Source: Eledone cirrhosa
Lineage: Eukaryota
Assembly (NCBI GenBank): GCA_964016885.1
Contig: OZ024741.1
Coordinates: 277,946,001 to 278,010,000, forward strand
DNA length: 64,000 nucleotides
Direction: 5' to 3'
A program made the position numbers and the translations under genes. This document shows positions 54,560 to 64,000 of this stretch, piece by piece; within the stretch, counting starts at the first letter, position 1; each line of letters begins with the position of its first letter. Below the pieces are notes generated by a model that saw only the letters and a list, made by a program, of their open reading frames with translations, did no database searches and was not told the origin of the DNA.

Positions 54560-56264
54560 ATTTTGTTATTTCATTAGTGAAACTGTTGTAAAGTAGACAT
54601 TAGCATTCTAGATGTGGTAGAGTAAAAAAAAAAATTACTTAATTAAAATTACATTTTTTTAACGATGAGCAAAAAAACTGAGTGACTAATTATGGTCAAG
54701 AAAAAAAAAAAAAAGAGCAGAAAAAAGGGGAATAACCATGTTGCTTAGTTTAGTGGTTTGTGGTTTTTATCAAATGTAACAATTATAGATGTTTCAGTCT
54801 ATTTTGAAAGTCTGAAATTTCATTTTATCAGCCATTTGATCGTCAATTCAATTTATTTTCGTTGAATTAAATTGAATTAGAAAATGGAGAATGGAACAAA
54901 GTAAAATCTTGTTAATTTATTTCTCTAAAGTTTACTTTGCAATGAAAGTTTTGTATCATTTTAGTCAAACAGTCTACTTACTAGTCACTCTAGTCAAACA
55001 TCAACGAGCTATGTCTACTATGCAGGTTCGATTCTCAGATAAATAAAGTTCCCTTCACATATTGGCTGCTATTTCTACAAGAAAATAACCATGTCATTCT
55101 CCACATCTCACTTTTTCTTTTTCTTCTTTTTATGTTACTGTGACTTTCACTTCCATCTCCCCGTCTTCAACTCTTGTGTAAATTTGAATAAGTTCACCTC
55201 TTTCTCTCCTTAACTTCACTGCTTCTCTCTCTCTCTCTCTCTCTCTCTCTCCTTCTCTCTCTCCATTCGCTTACTATATTTATTTACTCAAACATTTATT
55301 CTGTTTATTCAATATTTATTTATTCAAGTATTTATTATAAGTATTCAATATTTATTCATTCAAGTATTTATTGTAAATATTCAATATTTATTTATTCAAG
55401 TATATACACACTTTCTTTCTTGATTTTCAATGCCACCAAATTAGCTGTATACATTATACAAGCAATCAAAATTTACTCTCATATTTTCTGGCTAAGTGCA
55501 TGGCGATATTCAAACTGGTATGATTGGAAATAAGTTATATTCATGCTGTTTTTTTTTAATTGATCCAAATCAAAAAGTTCCTAGATCTCATTCACTTACC
55601 AAGTGAGGTGGAACTTGTCAGATTGGACCAAGGAAATAATATTTCCATTGCTCTTACCAATTGCCGATATTATCTCCTGGTCACAACTCCAGCAGAAGGA
55701 ACAACATTAAATAGTGTCTTCATCATGGACATAATGCATTGCCTGGTCCAAGAATCAAACTTACAATCTCACAATTGCAAATCCAATTCTCTAACCACTA
55801 AGCCATGCTAGCTAATGTGTAATGAAAGGTTTTAATAACTATAATGATGTTACATTTTTCTATGAGAGGGATAATACATTAAATGTTCATTCTCTATTTA
55901 CATTAGCTTTTTCCATGCTTGCATGGGTTGGACGGATTCTTTCCAGAACAGAGTCCCTCTGTTATAAATTCATGGAAGGGCAGTGGATTGGCAGAATCGG
56001 TAGAGCATCAGACAACATGATTTGCAGCATAGAGTTATGTCTCTTTACGTTCTGAGTTCAAATTTTAGTGAGGTTAGCTTTGCCTTTCATCCTTACGGGG
56101 TCAATAAAATAAAGTACCAGTAATGCACTGGGGTTGATTTAATCACCACAAGGATACAAAAATAATTAGTCGTATTAGTTTCACACTTTACAGGAAGGAG
56201 AGAAAATGTTTAGTATCAGATGTTAGTCCTTTATCAGGAGTACAAGAGCTTCAGATATATAAAT

Positions 56265-57629
56265 CATCATCATCATCATCGTTTAACGTCCATGTTCCAT
56301 GCTTTCATGGGTTTGGACGGGAGTTTTCCCACTTGAGGCAAGAGTGGTTGTCATTGCTCGCATAGGACTGTCTGGCAGGTTTTCTACAGCTGGATGCCCT
56401 TCCTAACACCAACCACATTTACAGTGTGGACTGGGAGGTTTTTACCGTGTTACCTACACGGCCACATTACAGCGTGGACTGTGTGTTTTTTTGTCGTGAC
56501 ACCTACACGATCTCATTTGTTTCGGCCTGGATGTTGTGGCACCAACATAACTTTACATTGAAAGGGGCGGTGTGGATGGGGTGGGGGTGGTGGGACGGGG
56601 GTGTATTTTGTTAGAGATGCCTGTAGTAGGTTTTACTTTGTATTTAGGTAAGGCGGGTCTTCTCTATTACTGAGTACCGCCAAAGGTCTCGGTCCAGTGA
56701 CATTGTCTTGGAGAGGTGTAAGTGTGTGAAGTCGGAATTTATCAGCTCGTCCCAGCTTTTTCTGGGTCTGCCTATTCCGTGGCTACCGTCTATCTTTATT
56801 GCCCTGCACTTTGTTATACAGCTATCGACTTTCATGCGCATCACGTGTCCATACCAACGTAGCCTTCTCTCGAGTAAACAACATCTGATTCCTCTTATTT
56901 CTAATTTTTTCCTTAGTTCGTTTATGCTTTGCCGTTCACGTATATTACTATTACACATCCAGCGGAGCATGCAAGCTTCGTTCCTCTCTAGTCTGCGTAT
57001 ATCCTCTGCACACAATGCCCAGGTCTCACTGTCATGCAACATTGCTGTTCGTATGCAGGCATCATACAACCTGCCTTTCATTTTTAGGGAGAACCCTTTA
57101 GCAGCTAATAGTGGTATAAGCTCTCTGAACTTTTTCCAACCAGTTCTGACTCTAGCTACTGTACTTTCAGAGCACCCTCCCCCACTGCTGATTTTGTCAC
57201 CCAGGTAACGGAAGCTGTCCACTATTTCTATAGAACCCTCTGCGCAATTGAAAGAGCTAGTATTTTGTGGGCACTTGCTGCTACTTATTGCACCAGAGCA
57301 CCGGCCATATGTAAAACCTATGTTCTTAGTTAGCTTACCTGTGATCCCACTACATCTTTTATGCACCCATACTTTGCATTTGGGACATAAAATGGAGTTT
57401 CTACCTATGCCTTTCCTACACACTGAGCATGGCCATTTCCCGGAAGGGACCGGCGCCTTATTTTCTTTCCTACAAACTAGAACTTTAGTCTTAGCCAGGT
57501 TAATTTGAAGGCCTTTTGATTCTAGGCCGTGCTTCCATGTTTGGAGTTTCTTCTCTAGCTCGGCCATTGATTCAGCTATGAGCGTTAGATCATCTGCGTA
57601 TAGGAGTTCCCATGGGCAGCCGGTCTTGA
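56265..57629 (-). mobile_element. 5'-truncated RTE-clade LINE with (GAT)n tail and 8-bp TSD
   Basis: WELLYADDL, internal PHD-like Cys cluster, FRYLG, RRLRWYGHVMR, GRPRKSW; TSD ATATAAAT 56257-56264 / 57630-57637; empty site at ~59790. Confidence 0.92.
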
Positions 57630-60539
57630 ATATAAATATATATATATATTCTTTTCAGAGAAAAATACTACAAATAACTTCTCCTCTCTTGTACAATGGA
57701 CACCAACCAGTATGACAGTATATTCAACTGAAAGCATTTCTCAATCATTGACACTTTCTTCTGCAGTGATTCCCTCGGGTAAGAAAACATAATTTACTAA
57801 ATTCCTGTTCTCAGCTTCATTATTGTATTTTTTTATTTTCCCTTTTATACCACAATTAATAAACAAGAGTTTTTTTTTTATTTCCAATGAGCTAATTACT
57901 GGTTCACTGTGAGAGCCACCACAAAGGAGTGTCTGTAATTTGGTGCTGAACACACATCGCAAAGGACTTTACTCAAAGAACACTGAGTTAATGAATCATC
58001 TGAAAACTAGTGATAACATCTTTGAATTTCAAAAACTTTTTGTTGTTATTGTTTAACCCAGCAATGAGCCTCTCGGGGTTTGTATCTCTTAAACTTTAAC
58101 TGAAAGGTCAATACAATATTCTATTAAATTATGTAAGCAGTACCACACATGGTGTAGTTTACATGATTTAATGGATTCTCTGTCCAGATGCCACATGGCC
58201 TATAGGTTAGGCCTGTTGGGCTCATCTTTGTAAAGTTGTGGGTTCAATTCTTTGACCTAGCGATATGCTGTTCTTTGAGTAAAATGCTTAATTTCATATT
58301 GCTCCAGTCTACCCAGCTGAAAATGAGTACAGCTGGGGAGTTAAACTGTGATGGACTGGCATCTCATCCATGGAAGAGTCTTATACTCTCAGTCATTTAA
58401 CACCAATGAAACCAGGATAAGCCCTGGTTTGATGAGCCTCCAGGCTAGATCTTTGATCTCTATAGATATCTATGTAGAGAAGACATACTTTATAAAAGGT
58501 ACACCATCTCTACAACGCACTGTATAATATTTGGTATTACTGTGGAATGTAACATAACTTAACATTAGTGACTATCTAAAACCTATTTTGGTAAAAGAAA
58601 TTTAATTCTTTTCATGAATAACAAGGCTAGTACAAAGTCTGAGCTAAACTTTAGTTGTCTTAGTGTTTAGTAGATAAGCTAAAACAACTCCTGTACATTG
58701 CTGGTAACTTTAACTCTTTTGAAGCCAACATGTCTAAAATCACCTCTGGCTCTATAAAACAAAATCACCAATTTTGAAAGGCTCCTATTTAAATTAAAAT
58801 CTTCCAATATAATTTGATATGGGAACCTTTTGTTGTTACAAATTGTGGGGCTGCCGCGAGATAGAGGAGGGTGTAGAGCAGCCGTGGGAGGGGGATTGCC
58901 GGAAGTTGGGGGACGCCTGACCGGAAGCAAGAGGACGGGGGCGACTCGAGGGACCAGGTGGTCAACAGGGGCCTCTTAACCATACGCCCTGGAAGGTGAC
59001 GAACGTGTGAAGACAGACGCAAGCGGAAAGTGCATGGCGATATTCAAACTGGTATGATTGGAAATAAGTTATATCCATGCTGTTTTTTTTTAATTGATCC
59101 AAATCAAAAAGTTCCTAGATCTCATTCACTTACCAAGTGAGGTGGAACTTGTCAGATTGGACCAAGGAAATAATATTTCCATTGCTCTTACCAATTGCCG
59201 ATATTATCTCCTGGTCACAACTCCAGCAGAAGGAACAACATTAAATAGTGTCTTCATCATGGACATAATGCATTGCCTGGTCCAAGAATCAAACTTACAA
59301 TCTCACAATTGCAAATCCAATTCTCTAACCACTAAGCCATGCTAGCTAATGTGTAATGAAAGGTTTTAATAACTATAATGATGTTACATTTTTCTATGAG
59401 AGGGATAATACATTAAATGTTCATTCTCTATTTACATTAGCTTTTTCCATGCTTGCATGGGTTGGACGGATTCTTTCCAGAACAGAGTCCCTCCGTTATA
59501 AATTCATGGAAGGGCAGTGGATTGGCAGAATCGGTAGAGCATCAGACAACATGATTTGCAGCATAGAGTTATGTCCCTTTACGGTCTGAGTTCAAATTTT
59601 AGTGAGGTTAGTTTTGCCTTTCATCCTTACGAGGTCAATAAAATAAAGTACCAGTAATGCACGGGGGTTGATTTAATCACCACAAGGATACAAAAATAAT
59701 TAGTCGTATTAGTTTCACACTTTACAGGAAGGAGAGAAAATGTTTAGTATCAGATGTTAGTCCTTTATCAGGAGTACAAGAGCTTCAGATATATAAATAT
59801 ATATATTCTTTTCAGAGAAAAATACTACAAATAACTTCTCCTCTCTTGTACAATGGACACCAACCAGTATGACAGTATATTCAACTGAAAGCATTTCTCA
59901 ATCATTGACACTTTCTTCTACAGTGATTCCCTCAGGTAAGAAAACATAATTTACTAAATTCCTGTTCTCAGCTTCATTATTGTATTTTTTTATTTTCCCT
60001 TTTATATCACAATTAATAAACAAGAGTTTTTTGGTGGTTTTTCCAATGAACTAATTACTGGTTCACTGTGAGAGCCACCACAAAGGAGTATCTGTAACTT
60101 GGTGCTGAACACACATCGCAAAGGACTTTACTTAAAGAACACTGAGTTAATGAATCATCTGAAATCTAGTGATAACATCTTTGAATTTTAAAAACTTTTT
60201 GTTGTTATTGTTTAACCCAGCAATGAGCCTCTCGGGGTTTGTATCTCTTAAACTTTAACTGAAAGGTCAATACAATATTCTATTAAATTATGTAAGCAGT
60301 ACCACACATGGTGTAGTTTACATGATTTAATGGATTCTCTGTCCAGATGCCACATGGCCTATAGGTTAGGCCTGTTGGGCTCATCTTTGTAAAGTTGTGG
60401 GTTCAATTCTTTGACCTAGCGATATGCTGTTCTTTGAGTAAAATGCTTAATTTCATATTGCTCCAGTCTACCCAGCTGAAAATGAGTACAGCTGGGGAGT
60501 TAAACTGTGATGGACTGGCATCTCATCCATGGAAGAGTC

Positions 60540-63500
60540 TTTAGAAAGTTAGTATCAGTGTATATATTATTAAAAAGAACAATAATGGCTGGTGCATGTT
60601 TGTACAATGGTTTTACTTCACAGAAGTCAATAATAATAATAGAAACATTTTTACCACGTGTCGTGATGGTGAGTTGGTCGCAACTCCCAAACTGGAGCGT
60701 GTAGAGAAGAGAGAGCGAAGACAGGAGTCATTTCTTCATAAGACAGGATTCATCTCTAGGGAGAGAAAGCAGCAATCTTCTCTTCGTAAGGTTGAAGTGG
60801 TCCTTTCATCTGCGGCGTAGGAAGTGAGAGAGTGAATTGCCCCAAGCTCCCAAATATATAGTCCCCATGGGGACGTAACTCCTTGTAGTTCATGGATGTA
60901 TCACTAGGGGTCACGACCGTCACAAAGGGACGCTTAGTTCATGGATGTTTCACTGGGGATCACGACCATCGCAAAGGGACGCAACTCTTATCCGTTCTGA
61001 GTTCCAGCCTTAAGGGGGTCAGTACAGTACCCTCCTCCAGATGACAGGCGAAAAGCCCGAAAGTAATTGTAGCGAACCCACAAGCAAGGGGTGCAAGCAC
61101 AGGCATGAAACAGAAACGAAAACTGAAAAGGTACATGTATACATAGCTCAATAAAAGAAAGAGAAAAACAAAAAAAAGACTCCAGTGGCCAGTTCACATA
61201 AAAACAGTTTGGCAGAGTTTTTTGGGCCAGTGGACTCTTCAACCGGAACGAGTCGTGGTCTTGTATGTAGGTGAAGGTGGGGCAGAAGGAGCAGGTGTAT
61301 GCACAAGAGAGAAAGATTGGGGTATTTGTGGCTCGGGTGTATGAGCGTCATTGTATGCCCTTTTAGTCTATTCACCGAAATTGTCTCTCTGGACAACTTA
61401 ATGTCTACTGTGAAATGTTTGTCAGTACGTACTAACACACAGTAGGGTCCAGGGTACGGCTTTGTGAGGGATGGAGAAACCGCGTCGTTTCTGACGAATA
61501 CATGTGTCCACGAGGCAATATCCCTCGGGACTGCAGCTTTAATAGTTTGTGTCCTAGTATTCATGGGCAGTAAGTCCTGAAAATAGGAGCGCAAACGAGA
61601 TACATTGGAAAGAGGATCCTGAAAAGCAAGATCAACAGGGGCAAGCATTTGCCCAGGCAATGCTAGAGGAGCACCATACAGTAATTCGGCCGGGGAGAAC
61701 TCAAGGTCCTCCTTTATTGATGACAGAATACCTAACAACACAATAGGAAGGTACTCACCCCAACGTTGAGAGTTTGGATAGGTGCGAAGAGCGACCTTTA
61801 ATTGGCGGTGGAATCGTTCCACCATCCCGTTCGAAGCAGGATGATAAGTTGTGGTCCAAATCCGTTGAGCACCAATGATCTTTGTCAGCTCAGAGAAGAG
61901 ATGAGACTCAAATTGTCTACCACGGTCTGTGGTGACTGTTGTTGGCACGCCAAAGCGGGCAATCCACCCTGATACCAGGGCACGCGCTATAGTCTCAGTG
62001 GTAATGTCTTTTAAGGGGATGGCTTCAGGCCATCGTGAAAAACGATCGATGCAGGTCAAGAGGTAAGAATATCCACTACTGAATGGCCAAGGTCCAACGA
62101 TGTGGATGTGTTGAAATCGAGCATCTGGAGTACTGAAAGTACCAAGTGGAGTCCGGATGTGTCTGTGGACTTTAGATTTTTGACACTGTGTGCAGGAACG
62201 GCACCAGACAGTAATTTCTCGCCTCATATTGGGCCAGAAAAATCTAGCCGTTATGAGCTTTACTGTGGCTGAAATTCCTGGGTGAGAAATGCTGTGCAAA
62301 GCAAGGAACACAATTCGACGGTGAGTCTCAGGAACATAAGGTCGCGGTGAATCCGTAGATACATCACATAGAATCTGCCTGTCGGTGGTCGACAAGGGCA
62401 GATATTTGAAGATGCAAATCGCAAACTCGGCAGAATGAGTATCCAACAATTGGAGTGCAGGTTGGTCTGCAGCTAAACGACTTAAGTGGATCTCCTGGGA
62501 TGACGAGATGGAGCTGATTGGCAAGCGTGACAATGCATCTGCAGCTGTGTTAAGCGAGCCAGCAATGTGCTGGATATCATTTGTGAATTGCGAAACATAA
62601 TCCAGGTGCCTTGTCTCTCTGGGTGAATATCTGTTGGCTTTAGCCCTCAAAGCGAAGGTCAGAGGTTTGTGGTCAGTTAAAACAGTAAAATTTCTCCCCT
62701 CAAGAATATGAGAGAAATGTTTCACCGACAGATAAATGGCTAATAATTCTCTCTCAAACGTGCTGTAATGTGTTTCTGCTGGTTTCAGCTTCCTGGAGAA
62801 AAATGCCAAAGGTTGTTGGTTTCCAGCGTTATACTGCTGTAAAACTGCTCCCACAGCGGTATCAGATGCATCAACACAAAGCGAAAGCTTGGCCTCTGGT
62901 ATCGGGTGGGTTAGCAAAGATGAACTAGCAAGTGCTGTCTTGGCAGTCTGGAAGTCTTTAAGTTGTCATTGTGTCAAGGAAATATCCTCATTTTTCTTAC
63001 AACGATTTTTCAAAATGTCAGTAAGGGAAGAAAGCAAATTAGCACAATGAGGAATGAAACGCCTATAGAAATTGATTAGGCCTAAGAAGTGACGCAACTG
63101 GTGAAGTGTAGTAGGCGGAGGTAAATCCTGTATGGCTTGAACTCGCTGAGGAAGCGGCCTAACACCTTCGGTGTCGATGACGTGGCCTAAAAAAATTTAG
63201 TGAAGTGGAACCGAAATTCACTCTCTCACTTCCTACGCCGCAGCTGAAAGGACCACTTCAACCTTACAAAGAGAAGATTTCTGCTTTCTCTCCCTAGAGA
63301 TGAATCCTGTCTTATGAAGAAATGACTCCTGTCTTCTCCCTCTCTTCTCTACATGCTCCAGTCTGGGAGTTGCGACCAACTCACCATCACGGGGTCACCA
63401 ATTTAGAAAGTTAGTATCAGTGTATATATTATTAAAAAGAACAATGTAGCTGGTGCATGTTTGTACAATGGTTTTACTTCACAGAAGTCAATAATAATAA

Positions 63501-63552
63501 TAGAAACATTTTTACCACGTGTCGTGATGGTGAGTTGGTCGCAACTCCCAGA
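60540..63552 (-). mobile_element. Rearranged Ty3/Gypsy element: 3' LTR 60540-61026, pol 3' part ~61200-63219, PBS 63390-63400, truncated 5' LTR 63402-63552
   Basis: LTR minus TGTAC...CTAAA; PPT TGGAGGAGGGTAC; PBS TGGTGACCCCG (tRNA-Trp-like); RNase H + integrase ORF 61148-62917; gag to mid-RT missing. Confidence 0.9.
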
Positions 63553-64000
63553 ATTTTGAAAGGCTCCTATTTAAATTAAAATCTTCCAATATAATTTGAT
63601 ATGGGAACCTTTTGTTGTTACAAATTGTGGGGCTGCCGCGAGATAGAGGGGGTGTAGATTTGCCATGGGAGGGGCATTGCCGGAAGTTGTGGGACGCCTG
63701 ACCGGAAGCAGGAGGACGAGGGCGACTCGAGGGACCAGGTGGTCAACGGGGGCCTCTTAACCATACGCCCTGGAAGGTGACGGACGTGTGAAGACAGACT
63801 CAAGCAGAAAGTACCCCACATGGACCAGAGAGACGCAAGGTAAGTCTGAATGCCTCCGGCTACACAAATACTGTGTTAATAATGAAATAATTAATTATTT
63901 TAGTAAAGTCCTCTAAATTTTTCATTAACTCAAATGAAATATGGTAATGAAAAAGTTAAAAAGTCTGGAATTTCATAAAGAAGCTCTCCATTAGCAAGGT

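Larger units (their letters stand above)
55494..63812. repeat. Tandem segmental duplication: unit 1 55494-59031, unit 2 59028-63812
   Basis: 55494-58380 minus the RTE insert matches 59028-60539, and 58770-59031 matches 63553-63812; AAGT microhomology at the junction; identical 83-aa ORFs at 55560 and 59094. Confidence 0.92.

Noticed and set aside
58832-59031. GC-rich block (repeated at ~63614-63812) as a separate LTR or promoter
   Set aside because: Its repetition is explained by the tandem duplication, and no second terminus, PBS or TSD is visible within the window.

Overview
AT-rich, microsatellite-dense animal DNA. The tRNA-derived SINEs, RTE (GAT)n tails and (TA)n/(CA)n load suggest an octopus/cephalopod (inference). 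Most ORF-track entries are microsatellite artefacts. Supported content: (1) a plus-strand spliced gene largely invisible in the ORF track, with a C-type lectin domain split over two exons by an ~8.9-kb GC-AG intron, a phase 1-1 PAN/apple exon and a probable terminal exon (31589-54559); (2) a near-complete but frameshifted Ty3/Gypsy element (34111-39269), a second rearranged Gypsy (60540-63552) and two non-coding LTR derivatives; (3) many Penelope-like (RT + GIY-YIG) fragments; (4) about a dozen hammerhead-ribozyme motifs, mostly in short fold-back modules inside (TA)n tracts, the most striking pattern in the window; (5) an RTE LINE fragment, two SINE families, Helitron-like and TIR elements, an 83-bp satellite, and a tandem duplication whose two units took different insertions. 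All coordinates, pairings and translations were read by eye and no database searches were run.
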